This document shows positions 46,497 through 57,900 of a stretch of 64,000 bases of DNA, piece after piece. The notes beneath the pieces were generated by a model, which was not told the DNA's origin, searched no databases, and worked only from the letters and a program-made list of their open reading frames with translations. The DNA is from an uncultured archaeon. GTDB taxonomy: Archaea > Thermoplasmatota > Penumbrarchaeia > JASLWR01. The stretch is taken from contig CAYFHS010000010.1 of NCBI GenBank assembly GCA_964342815.1, positions 2,534-66,533 on the forward strand, in the 5' to 3' direction. The position numbers and the translations under genes were made by a program. Numbering within the stretch: position 1 is the first letter of the stretch; each line of letters begins with the position of its first letter.

Positions 46497-49400
46497 TTAC
46501 TCTGCGAGATACCCCTGCGCTCCACAGGAGCTGCAGGTGACGATGGTGGGCCTCTCAATGGTGGTCACAGGATTCATTGAACTGCAGATGTGACACTGGA
46601 TCGACTGGAGGGGTGCTGCACCTGCCGCTTGTCCGGGAAGAGGTGGAGGCAATGGCGGGACCTGAGGGGGTACCGATGGTACCTGAAGCGGAACCGGCGG
46701 TGCAGCGGGCTGCTCGAATCCCGTTGTTAATCCCGGGATCGTTTCTCCCAACCCCGGTGCTCCCGTTGTATCCGGTATTAGAGGGGCCGAGGGATCCAAT
46801 GAACCTATATCCGGTTGAAGTCCCGCAGGTTGAACCGGGGGGAATGTCCCAGGTTCCATGGGTGCAGGGGGAAGTGCCATGAGATTGAGGTCCTGGACAC
46901 CCTGGTCGGTTGTCATTGTGGGAAGTAAGTAATCAGGTTGAATAGGCGGTGCCTGGAGACCGGCTGGTTGCTGCTGTGGAAATGGAGCGATCCCAGGAAC
47001 CGTAGATGAAGGGCCGGCGGGCCAGCCCATCTGACCGGTTTGATCAGTGAATGTTTGCGAGTGCATGGGGAGGATAGGCATTCCTTGGGCACGTCCCGGA
47101 GGCGGAAATCCTCCCGGAACTGCATTCTGAGAGCCATAAGGAGGTACCATGGTTCCCTGCCAACCACCGCCACTTGTTTGGTATTGGCCCTGCGATTGTG
47201 GAGGGAGGGCCGTGGGTGAATACATGGGATGGTGGAAATCCCTATCCCCCACTGGATATGGAAACTCCGGTGGAAATTGCTGAGAAGGAAGTGTTTCGTC
47301 AGTCTTTTTATCTTTCTTCCTGCGGCCAATCACTATTATCAAGACGACCATTGCCAGTATGATGATGCCTATAACGATAAAGACCCACCAGTACGTTGAG
47401 AGAAGCCCTTCATCGCGGGTATTCTTTGCTTTCCGGTCATTGATTTCCGAATCGTAAGTTGCTGTCATCTCAGGGGTAGCATCGGAGGGATCATTGGGAT
47501 CGAGGCCGTTCATTTTCTCCCACCAGTCCGGAAGCTTATCTCCGTCGCTGTCCGTGGTATCACCCCATTGCTCTTCAGCCTCTTTTCCCGTGGGTTTTGG
47601 CGTGATCTCGATCTCCAGCTTCACGCTTTCATTGAAACCGAAACCGTCATCCACATGAAGATAAACCAGATACTTGCCTGCCTGGTCCAGTACCGCCTGG
47701 GTTTCCATATTGTGACCTTTGAAAACGATCTTTTTGCTGGTCTTCCCCTTTATCACCCAGTAATAGCCAAGCTCGTCCTCTTCGTTATCTGTGGTCCCTT
47801 CAGCACTCAAACGAATTGTCGAGCCCTCCACGAAGGTCTCATCATCATAGGGTGCGTCGATCACCACGGCAGGTGGTGAGTTGATCCATACCTGGTTCGC
47901 CTCAGACATGGCAAAACCATTCCCAACGGCATCCTTGGCTCGCCATTTTATATAGTTTTCACGACCCGGTTCGAACTCTATATCCATCAATATTATCAGG
48001 TTCTCCTTGACCACGTTATTGTTGATAATGGTCCAGTTAGTGAAAAGTTCCTCATCGTCACCCCACGCAGAAATGGAATACTCCACGGTCTTTCCGTCCA
48101 CACCGCTGCCGCCCATATCATTGATTGTGATACCTGCGGATACGGTAGTTTCTGTGGATATCTCATCATCCGGCATCGGCTCGGAGAAGGTCACCGGCGT
48201 AAGGTCCACCTTCACCGCCCGCTTTTCGCTGTATACCGGTCCGTTACCGGACATGTCGGAAATACGCCACATTACTGCATTACGGTCCCCCTCGTTGAAC
48301 GTCAGCTCCGTCCATGCCCTGACCTTAACGGGATATCCCTCTTCTCCATTCTCCATTATTTCGAATTCCATCCCGTCACTGCTCCAGCCCGAAAACGTTC
48401 CCTCACCGTTCTTCCGGTAGGAGTAAGCAATACTATCGGTATCCAGGCCGTAACCGTCATTATCGTAGAATGTAATTTCTGTCCTTACTACGCTGCTCCC
48501 GAACCATTCATTGCCCATGGGAAAAAGATCGAATGCTATGGGCAGTACGCTGTCTATGTTGAATTGAAAATGCGTGGTGTTGCCCCATTGATCGTACACG
48601 TCGCAGGGTGTTATGTGAAAATACCAGCTTCCCTCTCCAAGCCCTGCAAACTCACCGGCATATGTTCCTGTAATACCGCCGTTGGGGGAATAAAGTACCT
48701 TCGTAGGCTCGGTGAGAGGAGTGCTGTCCACAGTATACGAATATCCTTTGATACCCGTTATCTCATGAGGCGGTTCCCAGGAGAAGACCGGGAGAGTGTT
48801 GTTGTAATAAATCGCCGGATCCGGATGGGTGGATGATGAAATCATGACTTCGTCCGGCCCTATGAGATCGAAATAGATGGTATCGTTGAAATCTTCGGAG
48901 ACGATCCCCGCATGATCCCGAAACCTCACTCGTATTATTTTCAGTCCGTCGGTGGGAGTGAGTGCTATCCTCTTTTCTCCCTTGTATTCCTCCCAGGGCC
49001 CGACGTTTCCACGATCCCCTATGATCTGCATGTCCGCTATTCCGCTGCCATTATCCGAGGCATTGATTACGATGTCCACTAGCTGCTCATTCACCGAGAG
49101 CGCTCCCTCTTCTATTGTTATATTGCCCACAGGCTTTGTCACGTCTATCATCAGTTTCTTTACCATGGAATAATTGCTCGAAGCATGATATGCATCTCTG
49201 GTACGAACACGCCAGTAGTACACTCCGTCCTTCAGCTCATCCTGGACCGTATGTTCCGTAAAAGGGGGATCGGATGAATTCACCCATGATGTGTTGTAGA
49301 CTTGGGAGATCAGTTCTTGATCGTAGTATATTTCCACAAGATATTCAGATTGTATGTCGTTCTTATCTGGATCGGTGAAGTTCCATTCCAGTACGGGCTG

Positions 49401-50612
49401 ACGTGTACCCTGCCAAATATGGGATGGAGGTCCGCTTGTTTCCGGATCGCTCACCAGATCGTATTCGATTATTACCTTTTCGACGTAAGGCTGAACATCC
49501 TCATCGTTGGTGCTGAAGGTGGCATTCCACATCAGGTGGGACCCGCGGTTGCGGAAAACATGGTTCGTCCCGTTCTGCATGGTTACCCAGTTTACTCCGT
49601 CCACGGTCATGTTGTAAATTATATTGGTACCCTGGGGGCTGTACTCGTACCAGGTTATCCTCGCAGCCCCTATAGTGGGCCATTTCATATAGAGCGGATT
49701 TGACTGAATTGTGCCGTATTTCGAGGAGCTTGCGGTAACGTGGTATCCTATGAATCCTTTGTAGTTATGATTGGAACTGCCGTCCGACGAGGTCCCCGCT
49801 CCATTGTACTGGACGCTGCCGTGGCAGGGATGGTTCTCCACCATGTGCGCCCGCGTATTGATGCCGAACAGATAAGGATTCAAGGGCCTGGCGCCGTTCT
49901 GCCGGCAGTAGGTATAGGCTTGTCTCTCGGAGATAGTCCCGTAATCCTTGTAAAAATAGAGCTTGCCGTTCACCACCTTGCTGTCGCCGAACTGTCCCAA
50001 TCCCGGCGTATCTCCGTTGGCGTAGGCCAGCACGCAGTAATGGCGCTCGTTCTTGTTCCTGGTGTTAACACTGTTCCACCTGTTAGTGCTGGTATATGCA
50101 GTGTTTGCGTCCCTATCCCCCACCCATCTCTCATGCTGTTCGTAGGGTGCGTTGTACCCGTAGTGGTTAAAATCAGGCGCTCCCATGAACTGGGCGCCGT
50201 ACATGTTGGCCATTTCCTCCGCCTCGTCCCAGGTCATCAGACCAAAATTAAAAGTGAACCACTGGGACCGGTCCCCGCATCCTCCGTTGACTGTAGCATC
50301 GTACTTGAATTTCATCGTATTATGGGAATTTCCCGAGAGGACTGCTCTTCCGTTGAAAGTATCCACAAGGCACGAGCTGTTCTCCCGGTTGATGAAGGTC
50401 CTGTTGTTAAAGTCCTCGATTATGACATTCCCGTAGCGAGTATCCGTCTCTGATTCCTCGGGCCGGTCCAAATTGAGAACGACAACTTTGGAATTCGTCT
50501 CCGCTCCATTGTCGATACCAGAATACAGGGGAGTCGAAAAGCTCATAAGGATAATAATTCCCACAACAAGAATAACGTTCCGTCGATTGGCTGTATCCCG
50601 AAATATTTCCAT
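46497..50612 (-). CDS. Polymorphic surface protein paralogue 1 (variable domain resembles tandem C-type lectin-like modules)
   Basis: Signal/TM, RYG..IEDFNN motif, variable insert, conserved FnIII/Ig/PKD scaffold, DSDGDKLPDWWE, TM, Pro-rich tail and C-terminal CxxC-CxxC. Confidence 0.85.
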   Translation of the reverse strand: MEIFRDTANRRNVILVVGIIILMSFSTPLYSGIDNGAETNSKVVVLNLDRPEESETDTRYGNVIIEDFNNRTFINRENSSCLVDTFNGRAVLSGNSHNTMKFKYDATVNGGCGDRSQWFTFNFGLMTWDEAEEMANMYGAQFMGAPDFNHYGYNAPYEQHERWVGDRDANTAYTSTNRWNSVNTRNKNERHYCVLAYANGDTPGLGQFGDSKVVNGKLYFYKDYGTISERQAYTYCRQNGARPLNPYLFGINTRAHMVENHPCHGSVQYNGAGTSSDGSSNHNYKGFIGYHVTASSSKYGTIQSNPLYMKWPTIGAARITWYEYSPQGTNIIYNMTVDGVNWVTMQNGTNHVFRNRGSHLMWNATFSTNDEDVQPYVEKVIIEYDLVSDPETSGPPSHIWQGTRQPVLEWNFTDPDKNDIQSEYLVEIYYDQELISQVYNTSWVNSSDPPFTEHTVQDELKDGVYYWRVRTRDAYHASSNYSMVKKLMIDVTKPVGNITIEEGALSVNEQLVDIVINASDNGSGIADMQIIGDRGNVGPWEEYKGEKRIALTPTDGLKIIRVRFRDHAGIVSEDFNDTIYFDLIGPDEVMISSSTHPDPAIYYNNTLPVFSWEPPHEITGIKGYSYTVDSTPLTEPTKVLYSPNGGITGTYAGEFAGLGEGSWYFHITPCDVYDQWGNTTHFQFNIDSVLPIAFDLFPMGNEWFGSSVVRTEITFYDNDGYGLDTDSIAYSYRKNGEGTFSGWSSDGMEFEIMENGEEGYPVKVRAWTELTFNEGDRNAVMWRISDMSGNGPVYSEKRAVKVDLTPVTFSEPMPDDEISTETTVSAGITINDMGGSGVDGKTVEYSISAWGDDEELFTNWTIINNNVVKENLIILMDIEFEPGRENYIKWRAKDAVGNGFAMSEANQVWINSPPAVVIDAPYDDETFVEGSTIRLSAEGTTDNEEDELGYYWVIKGKTSKKIVFKGHNMETQAVLDQAGKYLVYLHVDDGFGFNESVKLEIEITPKPTGKEAEEQWGDTTDSDGDKLPDWWEKMNGLDPNDPSDATPEMTATYDSEINDRKAKNTRDEGLLSTYWWVFIVIGIIILAMVVLIIVIGRRKKDKKTDETLPSQQFPPEFPYPVGDRDFHHPMYSPTALPPQSQGQYQTSGGGWQGTMVPPYGSQNAVPGGFPPPGRAQGMPILPMHSQTFTDQTGQMGWPAGPSSTVPGIAPFPQQQPAGLQAPPIQPDYLLPTMTTDQGVQDLNLMALPPAPMEPGTFPPVQPAGLQPDIGSLDPSAPLIPDTTGAPGLGETIPGLTTGFEQPAAPPVPLQVPSVPPQVPPLPPPLPGQAAGAAPLQSIQCHICSSMNPVTTIERPTIVTCSSCGAQGYLAE

Positions 50613-50799
50613 TACCGTATCACCATTCCGGATTAATTTTCCATTTATTGAGAAAAGTTCTGATGTCCGTTAGTATTTGAAAAGATGGGTCATATAGAGA
50701 CCTTCATCATAATTATTTATTACCCCGAAAAAATCATGAATTATCCACAATTTATTGGGCAAACAGAATTGTCTCTTGAAGAGCGGCTGTACGCAAAGA

Positions 50800-53700
50800 T
50801 CACCCTGAGATATACCCCTGGGCACTGCAGACCGGGCATGTGATCACCGTCGGTCTTTCATTTGTTGTGACCTGATTCATGGCCCCGCAGGAATGACATT
50901 GCACGGATTGTGGTTGAACTGGCACCTCCGCCGCAGGCGGGGGAGGGGATATAGGTTGTTCTGTGGGGGGAAGCGGGGGTAACGTAGCGGTATCGAAAAG
51001 GTCGTCTATTGATGGTGGGCCCGCAGCCGGCGGTGCAGCCGGTTCGGGAATTGCAAAGAGGTCCTGCACGCTCAATTGAGGCTCGGAAACCGGAGGAACT
51101 GCCGCTTCAACAGGGAATGGATCCGGTGCGATAAAAGCCGTACCGGCAGAAGGCACGAATGCCTGGGCTGCCGCTTGCGTCGGTTCCGCCTGGGACATGG
51201 GGAGATCGTCCGGAGCTGGGGGAAGCGCCATGAGATTGAGATCCTGCGTGCCTTGGTCCGTGCTAATGGGCGGAAGGGTGTAGCCAGGTAGCACCTGTTG
51301 TGGACTGACATTTTGTTGGTACTGGGGCGGATTTGGCTCCTGGCTTCCCAATGAAGGCGCGGGGGCTGTGGGTGAATACGCCATTGAGGTCTGTGTATGC
51401 ATGGGCAGAGCCGGTCTTTGCTGTTGAAAGGTCTGGGGAAGAAATCCACTGACGCCTGGAGATTGAATTCCCCCTGTGTTCCATCCACTTCTCACACCAG
51501 AGGGGTATTGACCCTGAGCTTGGTAAGTTTGGGGTCCCGCCGGGTAACCGGAGTGGTGAAAATCCCTGCCTCCCGCGGGATAAGGTCGCTCGGTGGGATA
51601 ATGCGGTACCGGAACTTTCCTTTTTTTCTTTTTCCGTCTCCTCCTGGCAAGAACTATGATGCCAATGATCATGATCAATATTATGCAACCGATGATAACC
51701 AGAACCCACCAGTACCTTGATAGAAGGTTTTCTCCGGAGGACGCCCCCATCTTGCCTTCATCAATTACATTTCCGTATTCCTTTTTTTCATCGGGTGTGG
51801 CATCATTCGGATTATTTGGGTCCAGCCCATTTTCGATCTCCCACCAGTCCGGGAGCCCGTCGCCGTCGCTGTCAACTACCTCATCAGGATCATCGGGGCC
51901 TTCGTCCCCGAGGGTTTTGGGCAGCACCTCAATGTTAATCTTCAAACTCTCGTTGAATCCATGACCATCATCCACGTAGAGATAGACTACGTATCTCCCT
52001 TCGTTTTCAAGAAAGGTCTTCAACTCCATACCGGAACCTTTGAAGAAGGTTTTTTTACTGGATTTTCCCTTTATTACCCAGCTGTAGTTTAGTTCGTCGC
52101 CCTCGTTATCCTTGCTACCCGTCGCATTCAGGCTAATGACGGCATTTACCTGGAACGTTTCATCATCGTAGGGGCTCTCCATAACGGGTACCGGCGGAGA
52201 GTTTACCCAAATTCGATAGGCATCGGAGCTGCTGGATGGATTCCCCACGGCATCTCTGGCCCGCCATTTGATGTAATTATTTTTACCTGGTTCGAATTCT
52301 ATATCCAGAAATACGTCCATGGTCTCCTTCACCATATTGCTGTTCAAAGCCGTCCAGTTGATAAAATATTTATCGTCGCCCCCCCCCCATTTGGATATGG
52401 AATATTCCACGGTCTTTCCGTCCACACCGCTTCCACCAATATCGCCGATGGAGATGCCGCAAGATACGTAGTTTTCGTTGGAAACATCGTCCTCTCCAGG
52501 AACGGGTGCGGAGAATACCACAGGTGTGAGGTCCACTTTCAGCAAGAGCATTTCGCTCTCAACCGGGCCGTTGCCTGCGAGGTCGGTTATACGCCATCTT
52601 ACGGCATTCTCACTTCCTTCGCTCAATTCGATATAGACCCACGCCCGGACCTGCGCTGGATTTTTCCCGGCAGATTCTTTCAAAACCTCGAATTCCATCT
52701 TTTCAGCAGTCCATTGTGAGAACCGTCCCTCCCCGCTTTTTCTGTATGCGTATTGAATACTTTCGGTATCCAGGCCGACCCCTTCAACATCTTCGAAGAC
52801 CACACTGGTACGTATGGTCGTCTCGTTGAACCAATTACCCTTTTCGGGGCTTAATTCATAGAAAATGGGTTGGGCGCTGTCGATATTGAAACGGAAATGA
52901 GAAGTATTACCCCACTGGTCATAGATGTCCGCGGTAGTTATGTGAAAATACCAGGTTCCCTGGGCAAGCCCGGAGAATTCACCGGCAAATGTCCCGGTAA
53001 GATGGTTATTCGGGGTATAGAGCACCTTCGTTGGTTGGGTCAGAGGCGAGCTGTCCACCATGTAGGAATAACCTTTTATTCCAGCCACTTCGTCCGGCGG
53101 TTCCCATGAGAATACGGGGAGAGTGCTGTTGTAGTACATGTCAGGATCAGGATGAGTGGGCGAGGTGATCATCACTTCCCCGGGTCCCTTGAGATCGAAA
53201 TAGATGGTATCGTTGAATCTCTGGGAAATGATGCCTGCGTGGTCCATGAACCTGACCTCTATCATTTTCAGACCGTCCGTGGGTGTAAGCGCGATCCTCT
53301 TTTCCGTCTTGTATTCCTCCCATGGCCCCTCCTCCCCCTTGTCTCCGATTATCTGCATGTCAGCTATTCCGCTTCCGTTGTCGGAAGCGTTGATCTTCAG
53401 GTTCACCAGCTGTTCGTTTACGGTGAGCGCGCCTTCTTCTATGGTGATATTTCCCTGAGGTTCCGTGATATCGATCATAATCTTCTTCAAGGCGGAAAAA
53501 TTGCTCCAGGCGTGATAAACATCCTTCGTTTTTACCCGCCAGTAGTACACGCCGTCCTCAAGTTGCTCACTCACGGTATGCTCAGAGTCCGTGGAATTGA
53601 CCCAGGACGAATTGTATACGAGATCATTCATTTCCTGGTCACTGTAAAGCTCAACAATGAAATCGGATTGGTGATCTCCCTTGTCGGGGTCTGTGAAGTT

Positions 53701-54873
53701 CCATTTCAATGTCGGTGTGCTGTTCCCCTGCCATTTTACCGAGGACGGAGCGAAGGGTTCCGGATCGCTTACCAGATCGTATTCTATGATCACCCTGTCG
53801 ATATAAGGCGTGATTTCTTTATCACCGGTGGTGAGAGTGGCGTTCCACATTAGGCGTGAGCCGCGGTTTTTGAATACGTAATTCGTATGATTCTGCATGG
53901 TTACCCAGTTCTTTCCGTCCACGGTCATGTTATAGACGATATTCGTTCCCTGCGGTTTGTGCTCATACCAGGTCATCCTTGCGGCACCGATGGTGAAACG
54001 CTCCGTGTAGAGCGGGATCGACTGTAAGAATCCAATTTCGGCGTTCTCACCCCCGGCGATACCGCTTACTGTGAATCTCAGCATCCAATCACCCCTTGGA
54101 GCGCTGCCCCGACCCCCATTGGCCGCGTAGCATATCTGGGTATAACCGTTACCGTCAATGTCCCGCCCGCCGTTCTGTATGGTATGCCCGAGAAACATAT
54201 TGTATATGCAGTCGGCGTCGTTTGGTCTCGTTACGTCGAACCATACCTGGTCGCCGTTCTGCAGCGAAAAGGAATCCATGTTCTTGTAAACGAATCCCTG
54301 ATGCGGTCCGTACCCGCCACCCGAACCGAATGGAATACAGTTGCCCGGCCCTCGCGGATTCTGAGGTATCGCACTGCATAGCTCGGCGTTCCCCCGCATG
54401 AATCTCACTCCGCTGATGGTATTCTGCCTCCACCCTCCTCCACCGCCCCACCATTGCCATACGAACTTCCCGCTTCCATCTCCACTGGTAGTCGTATCGC
54501 AAACCTGGGTACATGAATTATCACCCAAATATGCTCCTGTCGGTACAAGTTTTAGTATCATTCCCCCACCGGGAAACAGAAAACCGCTGGAAATACTTGC
54601 ACGGCCTTCCCGTGTATCCACGCCGCACGATGTATTCGACTGGTCGATACCTGTAAAATTATTAAAATCCTCTATGATCACCCTTTGGTACCGGTTTTCC
54701 GTCTTGGGATCCACAGGCGAGCGCTCAACGGCGATCTCCGCTTGAGACCGTCTTTCGCCGTTTGAGTTATCCACTTTCGATTGTTGGAGGGCAGGTAAAA
54801 GAAAAAGTAATAATATCGCCGTCACAATTATTCGCGTGAACAGTAAATGTTTCGAAGAATTATTGCTATGCAT
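50800..54873 (-). CDS. Polymorphic surface protein paralogue 2 (Cys/Gly-rich variable domain of unknown fold)
   Basis: Same scaffold motifs as paralogue 1, with an unrelated insert at ~54035-54583. Confidence 0.85.
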   Translation of the reverse strand: MHSNNSSKHLLFTRIIVTAILLLFLLPALQQSKVDNSNGERRSQAEIAVERSPVDPKTENRYQRVIIEDFNNFTGIDQSNTSCGVDTREGRASISSGFLFPGGGMILKLVPTGAYLGDNSCTQVCDTTTSGDGSGKFVWQWWGGGGGWRQNTISGVRFMRGNAELCSAIPQNPRGPGNCIPFGSGGGYGPHQGFVYKNMDSFSLQNGDQVWFDVTRPNDADCIYNMFLGHTIQNGGRDIDGNGYTQICYAANGGRGSAPRGDWMLRFTVSGIAGGENAEIGFLQSIPLYTERFTIGAARMTWYEHKPQGTNIVYNMTVDGKNWVTMQNHTNYVFKNRGSRLMWNATLTTGDKEITPYIDRVIIEYDLVSDPEPFAPSSVKWQGNSTPTLKWNFTDPDKGDHQSDFIVELYSDQEMNDLVYNSSWVNSTDSEHTVSEQLEDGVYYWRVKTKDVYHAWSNFSALKKIMIDITEPQGNITIEEGALTVNEQLVNLKINASDNGSGIADMQIIGDKGEEGPWEEYKTEKRIALTPTDGLKMIEVRFMDHAGIISQRFNDTIYFDLKGPGEVMITSPTHPDPDMYYNSTLPVFSWEPPDEVAGIKGYSYMVDSSPLTQPTKVLYTPNNHLTGTFAGEFSGLAQGTWYFHITTADIYDQWGNTSHFRFNIDSAQPIFYELSPEKGNWFNETTIRTSVVFEDVEGVGLDTESIQYAYRKSGEGRFSQWTAEKMEFEVLKESAGKNPAQVRAWVYIELSEGSENAVRWRITDLAGNGPVESEMLLLKVDLTPVVFSAPVPGEDDVSNENYVSCGISIGDIGGSGVDGKTVEYSISKWGGGDDKYFINWTALNSNMVKETMDVFLDIEFEPGKNNYIKWRARDAVGNPSSSSDAYRIWVNSPPVPVMESPYDDETFQVNAVISLNATGSKDNEGDELNYSWVIKGKSSKKTFFKGSGMELKTFLENEGRYVVYLYVDDGHGFNESLKINIEVLPKTLGDEGPDDPDEVVDSDGDGLPDWWEIENGLDPNNPNDATPDEKKEYGNVIDEGKMGASSGENLLSRYWWVLVIIGCIILIMIIGIIVLARRRRKKKKRKVPVPHYPTERPYPAGGRDFHHSGYPAGPQTYQAQGQYPSGVRSGWNTGGIQSPGVSGFLPQTFQQQRPALPMHTQTSMAYSPTAPAPSLGSQEPNPPQYQQNVSPQQVLPGYTLPPISTDQGTQDLNLMALPPAPDDLPMSQAEPTQAAAQAFVPSAGTAFIAPDPFPVEAAVPPVSEPQLSVQDLFAIPEPAAPPAAGPPSIDDLFDTATLPPLPPTEQPISPPPPAAEVPVQPQSVQCHSCGAMNQVTTNERPTVITCPVCSAQGYISG

Positions 54874-54967
54874 CTACGATTACACGGTATACAATATATT
54901 TTATGTTTTCTCTTTATGTTTCCACCGATAATACAAAGTCATGCTTGGGAAGAAGATTCTGGAATAT

Positions 54968-57900
54968 CTATTCTGTTACTAATCCCTGGGCTCCGCATGA
55001 GGTGCAGGTAACAATGGTGGGTCTTTCGGCGGTGGTCAAAAGATTCATAGCTGTGCAGACATGACATTGTACGTTTGAGAATACCGATTGGCCGCTTGCA
55101 GGAGGCTCCTGCCCGAGAGGCTGCGGTGCTTCCGGCGGCAGTGGTGACGGTGCGGCAGGTATGCCTGGAAGATCATCGTAGGAACTGGCTTCACTTCCCA
55201 CAGAGGTGATTGGTGGAGGAACCGCGGGGGGTACAATGTTCGGTGAAGATGGTGGCATGGGTGACGGTGCAGCGGTTTCCGGTGCAGGATAATTTCCGGA
55301 GGCGACCGCTGATGGATCTATTTCCGGTGCCGGCGTCGGGTATTGTGTTGCTATTTCAGGTGTGACATCAGGGAACGGTATGGCAGGTGATTGTATTTCC
55401 TGAGATGACGGTGGTACGGGGTAGGGTGCTACTATTTCAGGTACAGGGACTGCAGTTGACGGGTTATGGTCCGCGATGGGGTCATTGCCCATGGTACCAT
55501 ATGTAACATCTTCGTACTCGGGGGCAGGTGGCAGTGCCAAGAGGTTCATATCCTGTAATCCCTGATCGGTGGTAAAAGAGGGAAGTAGATAATTGGGCGC
55601 GGAACTTGATGCTGTTTGAGCGCTGGGCGGCAAGGTATGTAGGCCGGGACTTATGGGCTGTTGGCTCCAGCTTCCCGGCATCCCTGCTTGATTGGGAGAG
55701 CCCGAGTAAGGAGCCCCCGGACCCGGAGGTAGTGCTAATGGTGGATTGGCGCCGGCCCCATACTGAGGGTTGCGGCCCCCGTACATTCCACCATATCCCG
55801 GTGTACCCATGGGAGCGTACCCGGAAGGTGCAAAGCCCAGGTTCTGACCCTGCGGGTATGGATGGAATGATTTCGGGGGCGGGATCTGGGTCGGGATTTG
55901 TTTTTTCTCCTTTCTTTTCTTACTTGCGGCAAGCAGGATAACGGCAATCACCGATATCAATATGAGAGATCCGATGATGATCAACAGCCACCAGTATTTT
56001 GCCAGCAGGCCATCTTCAGCGGCGTTATTGGACTTCTTTTCATTGAGTTCATTCTCATAGGCATCCATTTTTTCCTGGCTAGCATCATTAGGATCGTTGG
56101 GATCAAGGCCATTCTCTATCTCCCACCAATCGGGCAGCAAATCCCCGTCGCTGTCAATGGTATCGTCCCAAACGTTCCCATCATCGTCATCTTCATCCAC
56201 GGGTCTCGGCACGATCTCTATGCCCAGTTTAACACTCTCATTGAAACCCAGACCGTCATCCACGTAAAGGTAAACTAAAAATCTGCCTGGCTGGTCCAAC
56301 ACCGCCTGACAGCCGAGACCATGTCCCTTGAACACAGTTTTCTTGCTGGTCTTCCCCTTTATGATCCAGAAATAGCTTAGTTCATCCCCTTCATTATCTT
56401 CGCTCCCGGAGGCGTTCAGCTGTATGATGGAACCTTCCTTAAATGTCTCTCCGTCATAAGGTTTCATGATTGACGGAACCGGTGGCGAGTTGATCCATAT
56501 GCGGTAGGTGTCAGAGATTGAATAGCCGTTCCCCACGGCATCCTTCGCGCGCCACCGGATATAATTATCCTTTCCGGGCTCGAACTGTATTTCCAATGAA
56601 ACGTCGATGGACTCCTTCACCATGTGGTTACTGATGGCGGTCCAGTTTTGAAAATATTTTTTATCCTCTCCGTACTTGGATACGGCATACTCTATTGTCT
56701 TCCCGTCAACACCGCTGCCTCCGGCATCTGAGACGGTTATGCCGCAGATCAGCATGTCTTCAAGAAATATTTCCTCGGTCTCCGGGACCGGCATGGAGAA
56801 GGTCACCGGGCTCTTGTCAACCTTAACGGACCATTTCTCGCTCAGAGCCGGACCATTGCCGGCCAGATCGCTTATTCTCCACCTTATTGTATTATCGCTG
56901 CCCTCCGACAGGGGGATGTTCACGTAAGCCCGAACTTTCACAGGATTATTCTCGGTACTCTTCTCCAGTATCTCGAATTCCATTCCGTCATTGGTCCAGG
57001 ATGAGAACGAGTTTCCCCCGGATATCCTGTATGAATATTTGATGCTCTCCAGATCCAGACCAAAACTATCGATATCAGTAAAGACGGCCTCTGCCAGCGC
57101 ATTGCCGGAGTTGTACCAAACAGTATTGTCGGGCCCCATTTCGGAGATCAGAGGGATAGAGGTATCGATATTGAACCGGAAATGGCTGGTATTACCCCAC
57201 TGATCGTATATATCGGAGGCACAGATATGGAAAAACCAAGTGCCGTCGGTGAGACCGGAAAATTCCCCTGCAAATGTCCCGGTAATTTCGCTGTTCGGGG
57301 TATAGAGAACCTTTGTGGGTTCCGTAAGGGGTGAGGGATCCACCAAGTAAGAGTATCCTTTGATGCCCCCCACCTCGCGGGGAGGGTCCCATGAAAAGAC
57401 CGGAAGCGTGCTGTTATAATACATCTCGGGCGTGGGATGTGTTGTGGAGCTTACATTGATCTCATCCGGACCCAGCAGGTCAAGATAAATTGTGTCGTTG
57501 AATATTTCCGAAACGATGCTCGCATTGTCCCGAAACCTGACTCCTATAGTTTTCAAGCCGTCCGATGGTACGAGTGAAATCCTCTTTTCTGTCTTGAACT
57601 CTTCCCAAGGGCCATCCTTTCCCCTGTCGTTGATGATCTGCATGTCGGCAATACCGCTGCCGTTATCAGAGGCATTGATGCGGATATCTACCAACTGCTC
57701 GTTCACAGTAAGGGCACCTTCCTCGATAGTTATGTTTCTCACCGGTTTGGTCACATCGATCATGATCTTTTTTAAGGCTGAAAAATTGCTGGACGCATGA
57801 TATATATCCCTTGTCCGCACCCGCCAGAAATACGTTCCATCTTCCAGGTCATCCTCAACAACATGTTTTGGGGTAGTGGAGTTTTTCCACGAGCTGTTGA

